Below are positions 9,453-19,164 of a DNA stretch of 64,000 nt, in pieces (position 1 is the stretch's first letter; each line of letters opens with the position of its first letter). The DNA is from a bacterium. Lineage in GTDB: Bacteria; JADJOY01. The translations under genes and the position numbers were made by a program. The DNA lies in the NCBI GenBank assembly GCA_046331705.1, contig JAXLQJ010000035.1, positions 1-64,000 on the forward strand, given 5' to 3'. The notes beneath the pieces are model-generated. The model saw nothing but the letters and a program-made list of their open reading frames with translations. It did not search any database and had not been told where the DNA came from.

Positions 9453-10745
9453 TCAGAACGCATAGCCCAACCCGACGTTGACGCGGTCCGGACGCTCGCC
9501 CTCGTCGTCGTCGCGGTTCTCGTAATCGAGCTTCGCCACCACCTGGGGGATCGGGAACCAGGCGAGGCCGACCCCGTGGATGGTCCACTCCGCCGCCGGA
9601 TCGCGCGCGAAGCCGCTCGGGATCTCGTCCTCGAGGTCGAGCCACGAGTAGCGGTAGTAGAGCATCAGGCGTTGCTCGGTGTCCGACACGAACCGCAACA
9701 GATCGTAGGCGGCCTCGACGTAGAAGCCCTGCTGGCGGGAGCCGATGGCGCTGCCCAAGAGCTCGCTCAGCGCGGCGGTGTCGTCGATCAGGACGATCGC
9801 GTATTCCGCCCGCAGATCGAAGCCCGCGCGAGCGAATCGGGCGTCCGCCTCGAGCACCGTGATCCGGGTATCCGGCAGGGCCACGATCTGGTCTGCTTCC
9901 TCATCCTCGCCTGTCTCGGCGCGCGCGATGACGCGTTCCTCCTCGCCCTCTTCCTCCTCGTCGGTCTCGCCGAGCTTCGCCGACTGATCGGCTTCGCCCG
10001 TGAAGAAGCTCGCGCCGACGCTCAAGCCGAGGGTCGGCGTCACGGTGACACGCCCCGCGATGCCGATGTCCTGGAAGCGCGCTTCCTCGCCTTGCTGGCG
10101 CAGACCGCGAATCCCTTGCGTGCCGGGATCGCCGAAGCGCAGATCGCCCGATCCGCCGACCAACGAGAGGCTGTCGTTGAGCTGCAGCTCATAGCTCAGC
10201 CATTCGAGCGGCTGTCCGGAGACGCTCACGCCGAGCTCGCGCCACGTGCTCGGGACCACGTAGAGATCCAAGTCCGGGCGCTCCACCGAGTAGAACGTGG
10301 TCGGCTCGTGCGTGAGATTCACGTAGCTCGCGGGCACCAGGAGCAGACCGCCGCGAAACGCCGTGCGCTGGAACGGACGAACCTCCAGGTAGGCCTGCTC
10401 CGCCTCGAACTCGTGCGCGTCCTCGAGCTCGAGCTCGGCGTGGAGCGAGACCCAATCGGTGAAGTCGTGCCCCAGGAAGAGCACCACGCGTTCGAGGTTG
10501 ATCTCGTCTTTCCCGCCCTCGAGATCGTTGTTGTAGAGCACCTCGCCGTAGGAGCCGAGGGTCGTGGCACCGAGCGCGCTCTCGACCGAGAGCGGCGAGG
10601 CTGCGTCATGGCCGCCCTCCGCCCCTGCGCGAGCCGAAGCAGCGAGCAACGACGCGAGGACGAGCCCCGACGTCAGCGCACGTCGGGAAGTGAAGCGCGC
10701 CGGCGTGGGCGCTGGACGGAGGGGCGTGGAACTCACGGATGACAT
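9453..10745 (-). CDS. outer-membrane beta-barrel / porin-like protein
   Basis: Signal peptide, LGSYGEVLYNN, ELELED, EQAY, HEPTTFYSVERP, VPSTWRELG, C-terminal NVGLGYAF; GGAG RBS before ATG 10745. Confidence 0.8.
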   Translation of the reverse strand: MSSVSSTPLRPAPTPARFTSRRALTSGLVLASLLAASARAGAEGGHDAASPLSVESALGATTLGSYGEVLYNNDLEGGKDEINLERVVLFLGHDFTDWVSLHAELELEDAHEFEAEQAYLEVRPFQRTAFRGGLLLVPASYVNLTHEPTTFYSVERPDLDLYVVPSTWRELGVSVSGQPLEWLSYELQLNDSLSLVGGSGDLRFGDPGTQGIRGLRQQGEEARFQDIGIAGRVTVTPTLGLSVGASFFTGEADQSAKLGETDEEEEGEEERVIARAETGEDEEADQIVALPDTRITVLEADARFARAGFDLRAEYAIVLIDDTAALSELLGSAIGSRQQGFYVEAAYDLLRFVSDTEQRLMLYYRYSWLDLEDEIPSGFARDPAAEWTIHGVGLAWFPIPQVVAKLDYENRDDDEGERPDRVNVGLGYAF

Positions 10746-10755
10746 GGCGGCTCCC

Positions 10756-10779
10756 AATTATGATAACGATTCTCAAATT
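10756..10779. promoter_or_regulatory. Fur box upstream of the porin-bfd-bfr operon
   Basis: AATTA-TGATAACGATTCTCA-AATT. The core at 10761-10775 matches the 7-1-7 TGATAATnATTATCA consensus at 12 of 14 informative positions, in an AT-rich patch beside the RBS. Confidence 0.85.
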
Positions 10780-10916
10780 CGATATCATTCAAACGCATCG
10801 GCAGCGCAAGCGTCAAGCCCCGCTCTCGCCTGCACTGACGCTCCTCGGTTTCGATGCGATCTTCTGCCTCGAACCGGCTCCTGCGTCGTCCGCGCCGCGT
10901 CACCTCGTCTCGTCCC

Positions 10917-13037
10917 ATGTGCACCTCGATCGACGATCGGTCGCGAACCCTGCGCCGCTGGCTGCCCCCGTCGCTCTTCACCGCGTTCATCTGGCTCACG
11001 CTCCCCGCCGTCTCCGGCGTGCGTCGCTGGATCAAGAATCACGTCGGCGAGTGGCCCATCCGCTATCTCGCCACGACGCTCCTCGTCGCGGTCGGCGCCG
11101 TCGCCTGTCACCACTTTCTCCGGCGCGCCCGAGTCCGCGATCGTCGTTTCTGGCTTCAGATCGCCGTTCTCGCCGCGCTCTACGGCGTGAGCCTCGAGAT
11201 CTACGGTCACGAGGCCATCGAGCAGATGCATCTCTTCGAGTACGGCTTGCTCGCGGTGCTGGTGCTGCGCGCGCTGCCGGATCGCCTCACCGGCGCGCGC
11301 CGCCAGCTCGCGGCCGCGACGATCACGGCCTCCTTGGGCTTTCTCGACGAGTGCCTGCAGGGCCTGATCAACCACTACTACGAGCCGGCGCTGGCGACCC
11401 TGGTCCGCTGGTTCGACTCGACTCCCGACCAGATGAAGAACTTCTTCTTCATCCGCTTCTTCGACTGGCGCGACGTCCGCTTGAACGTGACCTCCGCGAT
11501 CCTGGGACTGTGGGCGTGGGCGCTGTGGCGCTCCGCGCCGAGCCCCGACTCGCGGGTCGCGCCGTTGCGGCGGAGCGCGACGATCGCGCTCTCGCTCGCC
11601 CTCGCCGTATCGCTCGCCGCGAGCACCGCCCGTGCCCGCGAGTTCCCGTACGGCCCGTTCACCGGGCCGGAGGAAACCGTCGCCACCAACGACGGCCACA
11701 TGCTGATTCATTTCACGCGCGAGGGCGCGGATGCCGTGGACGACAGGTTCGTCGCCTGGGGACGGGAATCGCTGGAGCTCGCTTGGGCGGAGTGGATCGG
11801 GCGCCTCGGCTGGCGCGCGCCCGCTTCCGACGCCGGCCAAGGGGGCGACGATCGCTACGACGTGTACCTGATGAGCTTCGGCAAGCCGGGAATCCCGGAC
11901 CCCAACCACTTCAATCGCGGCGTCACGTTTCCCGATGGCGGCATTCCCGGCGCGAGCCACATCCTGGTCAACGCCGACATCCGCGCCGGCGGCCGCCCCG
12001 ATTGGCATCCGCTCCAGGCGGTCTACTCGGAGCGCATCGTGCGCAGCGTCTTCGGACACGAGCTGATCCACGCGTGCCAGATGGCGTACGGGCCCGTCCT
12101 GGAAGGCTTCCTGAGCGAGAACTCCGCCACCTACCACCAGGTCGATCTCTACGGAATCCTGGAAAGCGACGACCCCAAGGATCGGCTCTTCGTGACGCTG
12201 CTCATGAGCGAGCGGTTCGCGATTCCCGCGTTCAGCGTCCACTCGCTGGTGCCGCTGCTCAACTACGTGCCGGCGTGGTCGAAGTACCTGGTCGACAGTC
12301 GCGGCGGCGATCGCACGATCTTGCGGCGGATCTACGAAGCGACCGATCTCGACACGTACGGCGGCAGCTTCGCCGCCACCGAGCGCGTGCTGGGCGAGAC
12401 CGGCGGCGATCTGGCCACCGATTTCCAGACCTATGCCGAGTGGAACTACAAGGTCGGGCCCCGCGCGGACGGCGACGGCTACGCTCTCGCGGAGCGATTC
12501 GCCTCGGTCTTCGGCAGCGTCAACGTGACGTTCGAGCACGACGCCGTCCCCGCCTCCGGCGAATCGGGCGCGCATTCCCCGCGGCCGTTGGCGTCGAACT
12601 ACGTGCGCTTCGCCGCCGATCCGGCGCACCGAGACGGTGTGTTTCGTTTCGACGGGCTCGCCGGGATGAAGTGGGGCCTGTCGATCCTGATGCGCGATGC
12701 CTCGACGCAGCGCTACGCGGTGACGCGCGTCGTCCTCGACGAGTCGCGCTCCGCGATCGAGATCCCGTTGCCCGACTGGAACGCCGCCGACGATCGCGTC
12801 GCGGTGATCTCCAATCTCTCGTTCAACGTGCTCCTGGGCGGGCCGATCGGCACCTACCGCTACGCGATCGACGCCTCCAAGGACGCGAGCGCGACACGCC
12901 ATGACGATGGCGGCTGCGGCACCCTGACTGACCCCAGCGCGGACCCAGCCGCTGTGCTCGTCACCGTCGCGCTGCTGCTCGCTGGCGCACGAGGTCCACG
13001 GCGAGCGCGCCGAGCGCCGCCAGATCCACCGCGCTGA
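10917..13037 (+). CDS. VanZ-like membrane domain fused to an HExxH metallopeptidase-like domain (MXAN_6640-like) with a C-terminal sorting tail
   Basis: EQMHLFEYGLLA...LGFLDECLQ...RFFDWRDVRLN (VanZ-like); GGDDRYDVYL, GHELIHACQMAY, SENSATY; tail DDGGCG-TM-RRARR. Confidence 0.65.
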   Translation: MCTSIDDRSRTLRRWLPPSLFTAFIWLTLPAVSGVRRWIKNHVGEWPIRYLATTLLVAVGAVACHHFLRRARVRDRRFWLQIAVLAALYGVSLEIYGHEAIEQMHLFEYGLLAVLVLRALPDRLTGARRQLAAATITASLGFLDECLQGLINHYYEPALATLVRWFDSTPDQMKNFFFIRFFDWRDVRLNVTSAILGLWAWALWRSAPSPDSRVAPLRRSATIALSLALAVSLAASTARAREFPYGPFTGPEETVATNDGHMLIHFTREGADAVDDRFVAWGRESLELAWAEWIGRLGWRAPASDAGQGGDDRYDVYLMSFGKPGIPDPNHFNRGVTFPDGGIPGASHILVNADIRAGGRPDWHPLQAVYSERIVRSVFGHELIHACQMAYGPVLEGFLSENSATYHQVDLYGILESDDPKDRLFVTLLMSERFAIPAFSVHSLVPLLNYVPAWSKYLVDSRGGDRTILRRIYEATDLDTYGGSFAATERVLGETGGDLATDFQTYAEWNYKVGPRADGDGYALAERFASVFGSVNVTFEHDAVPASGESGAHSPRPLASNYVRFAADPAHRDGVFRFDGLAGMKWGLSILMRDASTQRYAVTRVVLDESRSAIEIPLPDWNAADDRVAVISNLSFNVLLGGPIGTYRYAIDASKDASATRHDDGGCGTLTDPSADPAAVLVTVALLLAGARGPRRARRAPPDPPR

Positions 13038-14091
13038 GGCGCGCGCCGCTGGCGCGCTTCAGGTCCGACCCCGAGAGGACGTGGACGACGGCGCCGTGGC
13101 CGGTCCCGCCGCTCACATCCTCGCCACACGCGAGGATCGTGGGAATCCCGAGCTTCGCGGCGCGCGTCGCCACGACCAGCGGCAGCTTGCCGGGCATGGT
13201 GGACCCGTCGAAGCGGCCCTCGCCGGTGACCACGAGATCCACACCGGTGACGAGCGGTTCGAACGAGATGGCGTCCAGGACACAGGTCGCGCCGAGCTCG
13301 AGACGCGCGCCCGCGAATGCGAGCGCCGCGGCCCCCAGCCCACCTGCCGCCCCGGCGCTCTCGACGTCCAGGACGCGCACGCCGAGCTCACGCTGGATCA
13401 CCGCGCCGAACCTTGCGAGCCCCTCCTCCAATCGCTCGACGGCTTCCGGGCCAGCGCCCTTTTGCGGACCGAAGACCCGCGCGGCACCGCGCTCGCCGAC
13501 CAGCGGGTTGCCCACGTCGCACCACGCGTCCACGCGCAGCCCGGCAAGACGCGAATCGCGTGCGGCCGAGTCGATCGCCGCGACCTCGACGAGCGCTCCA
13601 CCTCCCGGATCGATCTCGCGGCCGCGCCGATCGAGGAGCCGGAAGCCGAGCGCCTGCGCGAACCCCGCGCCGCCATCCACCGTGACGCTGCCCCCCAGCG
13701 CGAGCCAGAGCCGCTCGCAGCCGCCGTCGAGCGCCGCGCGGACCAGCTCGCCGACACCGCGGGACGACGCCCGCAGCGGGTCGCGCTCGCCAGGCGCGAG
13801 CAGCGCATGCCCGATCGCCGCTGCCGACTCGATCAGTGCCGTGCCGTCGGCGAGGACCGCCCACGGCGCCTCGACGGCCCGACCGAGCGGATCTGCGACA
13901 CACGCACGGCGGCGCTCGCCCGCCACTCGGGCGAGCACCGCGTCGAGCGTGCCCTCGCCTCCGTCCGCCACCTCGACGACGCTCACCTCGGCATCCGGCG
14001 CCGCGCCGCGCACGCCCGACGCGAGCGCAGCTCCCGCCTCGCGCGACGAGAAGGCGCCGCGCCACTTGTCGGTCGCGACCACCAGGCGCAC
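12961..14091 (-). CDS. glycerate kinase
   Basis: VVATDKW, VADGGEGT, LGGSVTVDGGAG, VFGPQKGA, GAAGGLG, VTGEGRFD. Confidence 0.93.
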   Translation of the reverse strand: MRLVVATDKWRGAFSSREAGAALASGVRGAAPDAEVSVVEVADGGEGTLDAVLARVAGERRRACVADPLGRAVEAPWAVLADGTALIESAAAIGHALLAPGERDPLRASSRGVGELVRAALDGGCERLWLALGGSVTVDGGAGFAQALGFRLLDRRGREIDPGGGALVEVAAIDSAARDSRLAGLRVDAWCDVGNPLVGERGAARVFGPQKGAGPEAVERLEEGLARFGAVIQRELGVRVLDVESAGAAGGLGAAALAFAGARLELGATCVLDAISFEPLVTGVDLVVTGEGRFDGSTMPGKLPLVVATRAAKLGIPTILACGEDVSGGTGHGAVVHVLSGSDLKRASGARLSAVDLAALGALAVDLVRQRAAARR

Positions 14092-14105
14092 GGCGGACCG
14101 ACGAC

Positions 14106-15491
14106 CTAGCGGCGCGAGGCCGTGACCAGCAACGGCTTGCTGCGCAACTCGAGGAAGCGCCGCTCCATGCCGCGCTCGTATCCGTTCACGATGTAGATCT
14201 CGCCGAGCGTCTTGTACGAGCCCGCGGTCGCCCCCTCGAAATGCGAGAACTCGAAGCCGACGTTGGGCGTCTGACCGAGCTCCGCCTCCGGCGCGTCGGC
14301 GGCGGTGGCGTCGTCGACGTAGTAGAGGCCGCGCTCAACGGTCTTGAGACGCGGATCGAGCACGAGCACCCGCGAGATCAGCGCCGCGTCGTTCTTGGAA
14401 AGCACCAGCCAATCGGTGTCGCCCAGATCGAGCGCACGCTCCGCCGGTGACATGACGCCGTCGATGGCGACCGGGGTCGGGTTTCGCGAGCTCGTGAAGG
14501 ACCAGCCGTCGAGCGCGCGGCGGAAATCCACCGAGGTGCGGATCGCGATGTCCTTCATGAAGAAGCCGGGCTCGAACGGCACCACCACGTACGCCGGCAG
14601 GAACACGGCGTTGTCGTAGTAGACGGTGTCGAGGAGATAGTCCGAGCGCTCGAGGCCGAGCCCGGTGTCGAGCCGGTTGCGCACCCGCCGGATGACCCGC
14701 ACCGGCCCCTCCCGGTAGCCCACCGGCACCGATTGGAGCTGCTCCTCGTTCACCTTCCATTCCACCAAGCCCAGCACGAAGAGTGCCCGCACCCGGACCT
14801 TGAACCGATCCAGCAGGTTGGCGCTCGGCTGGCCGCGGGCATCGCGCAGCGTGAAGTTGGACCACGAGATCGGCACCGCCGTGGAGATGCTCGCGAAGTA
14901 GTTGGTGGCGCTGACCGTGTCGGTTTGCGCGTCGAGGCGCACGTAGCTCTGGTCGCTGCGCGGCGGGTCCGCATCGAAGGACGCGAGGTAGGCGTAGGCG
15001 ACGTCGCCGGTGACCGGATCGCTGACCTCGAGCTCGACGGTGGTACGCGCGCGGGGTGGGTTGGTGGCAGCGCGCGCCCCCGCGTCGCGGGCCATGAAGA
15101 CGAGCTCGTCGTTGGCATCCAGCGCACCGTCGTCGGAGTCCGGATGCGCGTACGCGCCGAGCGTGTACACCCACGGCGCGTCGCCAGGCTCGGTCCCCTC
15201 GCGCTCGTCGACCTGGAACGGGATCGGCGCGAGCCCCGCGGGTCCGACAGCGAAGAGCGCGAGCCTCGCGATCGGTTGCCCTAGCAACGGCGCGAGGCGC
15301 GCGCCCTGAGTCGTCACCGCATCGAAGAGCCGCGACGCGGGTAGACCGATCGACGCTGGCGCGGCGTGCGCGCTCGCGGCGCGCGCCGCCGGCGCCGGCC
15401 ACGCGAGCGTCACCGCGAGCGCGCCGAGCGCGGACGCCGAGCGGATCCAGCGATGGTGAGCCAAGCGGATGCGACGCTGTGTCGACGACAT
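14106..15491 (-). CDS. secreted hypothetical protein
   Basis: Signal peptide ending PAARA; PIPFQVDER, DGALDANDELVFMARDAG, EGPVRVIRR; protein-like composition. Confidence 0.7.
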   Translation of the reverse strand: MSSTQRRIRLAHHRWIRSASALGALAVTLAWPAPAARAASAHAAPASIGLPASRLFDAVTTQGARLAPLLGQPIARLALFAVGPAGLAPIPFQVDEREGTEPGDAPWVYTLGAYAHPDSDDGALDANDELVFMARDAGARAATNPPRARTTVELEVSDPVTGDVAYAYLASFDADPPRSDQSYVRLDAQTDTVSATNYFASISTAVPISWSNFTLRDARGQPSANLLDRFKVRVRALFVLGLVEWKVNEEQLQSVPVGYREGPVRVIRRVRNRLDTGLGLERSDYLLDTVYYDNAVFLPAYVVVPFEPGFFMKDIAIRTSVDFRRALDGWSFTSSRNPTPVAIDGVMSPAERALDLGDTDWLVLSKNDAALISRVLVLDPRLKTVERGLYYVDDATAADAPEAELGQTPNVGFEFSHFEGATAGSYKTLGEIYIVNGYERGMERRFLELRSKPLLVTASRR

Positions 15492-15651
15492 GGGACGTAC
15501 GACGCCGAGCGACTGCGCTTGGGGGGCACGAGGGATATAGCGACGCCGACGAACCGCCGCAAGCGGCGCCGGCGGCGGCGGCAGGCGCTTGCCCTCGAAC
15601 TCCTCGGTCGAACGTACTATCTGTTGAACCTCGCTCCCCGAGCTCACGGCC

Positions 15652-17352
15652 ATGAGTCCAACCCGCGACGGATCGGTGACATCGACGGCACGCGACGCGG
15701 CGCCACCGAGGCGCGGGCGCTGCGTCCTGGCGTTGCTCGCGATCTTGCTGCCGCTCTACGGACTCGGGCTCGGCGCGGCTCCGCTCTTCGATCGCGACGA
15801 GGCCTTCTACATCGAGTCGGCGCGCGAGATGGCGGGCCGCGGCAACTGGCTCACGCCGTGGTTCAACGACCAGGCGCGCTTCGACAAGCCCATCCTCTAC
15901 TACTGGTCGCAGCTCGCGAGCCGCGCGGCCCTCGGCGAGAGCGAGGTGGCCGCGCGCGTGCCCTCGGCGCTGGCGCTGCTCGTCCTGAGCCTGGGGATCT
16001 TCGCCGCGGTCGAGGGGATCGCCGGCACGCGGGCCGCGTTCATCGCGGCGCTGCTGGTCGGAATCAGCGGCGAGTCGCTGGCGCTCGGCAGGCTCGGGAT
16101 CCCCGACGCGACATTCGCGCTCTTCCTGACCGCCTCGTGGCTGACGGCGTTCGCGTGGGTGGAGGGAATCCTGGAGCGGAGGTCGGGCGCGACTGCGCTC
16201 GCGGTGTTCTTGGCGCTGGCGGTGCTCACCAAGGGAGTCGTCGCGCCGGTGCTGCTGGGCCTCGCCCTCGCCGGCCAGCGGCTGTGGTGCGGACCCTTCC
16301 GTCGCGCGCCCGATCGAGCCGCGATCCTGCGCGTGACCCTCGTCGGCGCGGCGGTGGCGGCGCCCTGGTTCGTGGCCGAGACCATCCTCGAAGGCTGGGA
16401 GTTCCCCAAGGTCTTCTTCTTCAAGCACCACCTGGAACGATTCGTCAGCGGGCTACCGGGCCACGACAAGCCGTGGTGGTACTTCGCGACCAACGTGCCG
16501 TTCCTCTTCCTGCCGGCGATCCTCCACCTTCCGGCCAGCTGGCGAAGCGCGCGGCGCGCGCGCGGCGGCGCCGAGGCGGCGATCGCGGAGCGGTTCGCGC
16601 GGATGGCGCTGGTCTGGTTCGCGACCGTGCTGATCTTCTTCTCGCTGTCGAAGGGGAAGCTCGCCAACTACGTCTTTCCGGCGCTGCCCGCGGCGGCGAT
16701 CGCCGCGGCGCTCGAGATCGACGCCCGCTGGTCGGGGCGGCGCTCGCTGGGGCGGAGCGAGCACGTGGCGGTGGGCGTGCTCGGGCTCTGCGCCATCGCG
16801 TGCCTGCTGCTGTCCGGATCCATCGGGCACGCCGTGGCCTCGCTCCTCGACGAAGAAACGCGCGCGCAGTTTCCCGAGCTCGGCTGGGTGCCGCTGGCGC
16901 CGTCTTTCGTTCTCGCCACGCTCGCCACACTCGCGGCGCGGGCCTTGGGGCGCCGTGACGCGCGACGCTTCTTCGCGCTCGCCGGCGCGGCATTCACGAC
17001 GTTCGCGCTCTTCATCGCGCTCTTCGCCATGCCGGCCTTCGGCGAGCAGATGCACGGCGACACCCGCGACGTGGCGCGCCGCATCGGCACCGCACTCGCG
17101 CACCAGCCCGGTCGCATTCTCCAGTACCGGTTCTTCCGGCCCACGATGGTCTATTACGCCCGCCATCCGATCTCGACCACCAAGGATCGCGCGGTGCTCG
17201 AGGCGGAGCTCGCGAACCCCGCGCCGCTCTTCATCGCCACGCTGCGCAAGCACCTCGCCCGCGAGCCCATCCCCGGCGTGACCGAGATCGGCGGATCGAG
17301 CCGGTTCGTGGTGCTCGCCAACCCCGCCGCCGTCGCGACGCTCCCGCCCTGA
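15652..17352 (+). CDS. ArnT-like GT-C glycosyltransferase (PMT_2/GT83)
   Basis: FDRDEAFYIESAREM, RFDKPILYYW, ARVPSA, LTKG, HDKPWWYF, SKGKLANYVFP. Confidence 0.9.
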   Translation: MSPTRDGSVTSTARDAAPPRRGRCVLALLAILLPLYGLGLGAAPLFDRDEAFYIESAREMAGRGNWLTPWFNDQARFDKPILYYWSQLASRAALGESEVAARVPSALALLVLSLGIFAAVEGIAGTRAAFIAALLVGISGESLALGRLGIPDATFALFLTASWLTAFAWVEGILERRSGATALAVFLALAVLTKGVVAPVLLGLALAGQRLWCGPFRRAPDRAAILRVTLVGAAVAAPWFVAETILEGWEFPKVFFFKHHLERFVSGLPGHDKPWWYFATNVPFLFLPAILHLPASWRSARRARGGAEAAIAERFARMALVWFATVLIFFSLSKGKLANYVFPALPAAAIAAALEIDARWSGRRSLGRSEHVAVGVLGLCAIACLLLSGSIGHAVASLLDEETRAQFPELGWVPLAPSFVLATLATLAARALGRRDARRFFALAGAAFTTFALFIALFAMPAFGEQMHGDTRDVARRIGTALAHQPGRILQYRFFRPTMVYYARHPISTTKDRAVLEAELANPAPLFIATLRKHLAREPIPGVTEIGGSSRFVVLANPAAVATLPP

Positions 17353-17394
17353 CCCAGCCCAACGGTGGCGCCGGTCTCGGCGCCGCGACGAGCA

Positions 17395-19086
17395 TCAGCC
17401 GGCGGCGCCGGACAAGCGCGCGGCCTCCGCTGCGGCGCGCGCTCCCCACTCGCTGCGCGATCCGTAGCGAGCGGCCGCGGCGCGCATCGCACGCAGCGCC
17501 TCTCGGCGGTCTCCCGCGCGCTCCGCGATCCGCGACAGGTACCACCACGGCTCGCCCGCGCCGGGAAACGCGTCGCAGAGCGCGCCGTAGACCTTGGCCG
17601 CGTCGGCGTCGAGCCCGGCGTCGTAGAGCTGTCCGGCGAGCGCGAGCAACGTCTCGAGATCGTGGGGCGCGAGTCGCGCCGCCTCGCGCGCTGCCGCGAT
17701 CGCGGCGGCGCGCTCACCACGCGCGGCGAGCGTCTCCGCCAACGCCCGGTGCAGCTCGGACCGCGACGGCTCGGCCGCGATCCCCGCTCGAGCGACGCGC
17801 TCGGCCTCGTCGAGGCGTCCCGCCGCGGTCAGCTCGCCGACCAGATTGAGCCGCGCCTTGGCATGGGTCGGCGCGCGTTCGACCATCCGCTGCCAGAGCG
17901 CGAGCCCGCTTCGATACGGCCACACCGCCTGCACGCAGGCCACGCCCAGCACCACCGCCAGCGCGGCGCACCCGGCGACGCGCGGGGTGCGTGGCAGCCG
18001 ATCCATCCACCACGCGAGCCCCAGGCAGATCGCCACCGACGGCACGTAGAGGAGACGCTCGGCGAGCGCGGTGCCCACGAGAAAGACCAGATTCGACACG
18101 GGCAGGTACGCGAGCACGAAGCCGCCGAGCGCCAGCGCCCAGGGACGCGCGCGCCGTTTGCCGAGCGCCGCCGACACCACGGCGACCAGCGCGCCGGCCA
18201 ACAGCAGGAGTCCCGGCACCCAACGCCAATCGGCGACGCTTCGGATCACGGGCACCAGCGTGCTGCGATCGGGCAGCAGCCCCACCGGAAAGAGCGCGAG
18301 CCGCGCGGCGGCAGCGAACGACGCGAGCGCCGACAGCACCCGGCCACTCGTCGACAGCGCGACGAGCGGATTGTCGACGGCCGCGATCGACTCGACCGCG
18401 AGCACGCCACCCATCACCGCCACCCGGATCGCGATCGCCAGCACCAGCCCCAGCGAAAGCTCGAGCCAGCGCCGCGTGTCGAGCTTGCCGTCGCCCCGAC
18501 ACAGATCGCCGAGCAACACCAGCGCCGGCACGACCACGGCGCTCTCCTTGGCGAGGAACGCCGCGCACACCGCGGCCGCCGCCAGCCGCGGTCGCCGCAC
18601 GAGGTGCGCCCACCAGGCACCCAGCCCGAGCGCCGCCGCCAACAGCTCGCCCCTGCCCACCAGCGTGCCGAGGACGTCGGCATGGACGGGATGGAGCGCG
18701 AACGCGAGCCCCGCGACCCAGGCCGCTGCCGGCGCGCCGACGATGAGCGCACCGAGCTCGCCGACCAACAGCGCCACCGCGCCGTGCAGCAGCGCGTTGA
18801 GCGCGCGTTGCCCGGGCACGCCGAGGCGATCGGCGAGCGCGAACGAGAGCACCGTGAGCGGGCGGTACTCGTTGCCCGCACGGATGCCGGTTCCCGACCA
18901 ATAGCCGGTGGTGAAGATCGTGCGCCACTGGATCGGCGCGCGCGTCAACGAGTTGCCGACCACCAGCGCGTGGTCGTCGTAGATCGGGCCGGCGCCCAGC
19001 ACCGGCACGTTCACCACCAACGCCGCGACCAGGACCGCGACTCGCGCCCGCCACGCCCCGCGCTCGGCTGGCGGTCTCTCGGTCAT
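17395..19086 (-). CDS. TMTC-like membrane O-mannosyltransferase with C-terminal TPR repeats
   Basis: YDDHALVVGN, YRPLTVLSF, LHPVHADV..LVGRGELL, LAKESA, LAERLLYVPS, then TPR helices. Confidence 0.8.
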   Translation of the reverse strand: MTERPPAERGAWRARVAVLVAALVVNVPVLGAGPIYDDHALVVGNSLTRAPIQWRTIFTTGYWSGTGIRAGNEYRPLTVLSFALADRLGVPGQRALNALLHGAVALLVGELGALIVGAPAAAWVAGLAFALHPVHADVLGTLVGRGELLAAALGLGAWWAHLVRRPRLAAAAVCAAFLAKESAVVVPALVLLGDLCRGDGKLDTRRWLELSLGLVLAIAIRVAVMGGVLAVESIAAVDNPLVALSTSGRVLSALASFAAAARLALFPVGLLPDRSTLVPVIRSVADWRWVPGLLLLAGALVAVVSAALGKRRARPWALALGGFVLAYLPVSNLVFLVGTALAERLLYVPSVAICLGLAWWMDRLPRTPRVAGCAALAVVLGVACVQAVWPYRSGLALWQRMVERAPTHAKARLNLVGELTAAGRLDEAERVARAGIAAEPSRSELHRALAETLAARGERAAAIAAAREAARLAPHDLETLLALAGQLYDAGLDADAAKVYGALCDAFPGAGEPWWYLSRIAERAGDRREALRAMRAAAARYGSRSEWGARAAAEAARLSGAAG

Positions 19087-19164
19087 CCGGCGCTGACGGA
19101 CGAAGCGCGGCTCACGCGAGGTCGCGCACGCTCTGGGCGCACGCGATGGCTCGTGCCGCGCGCC

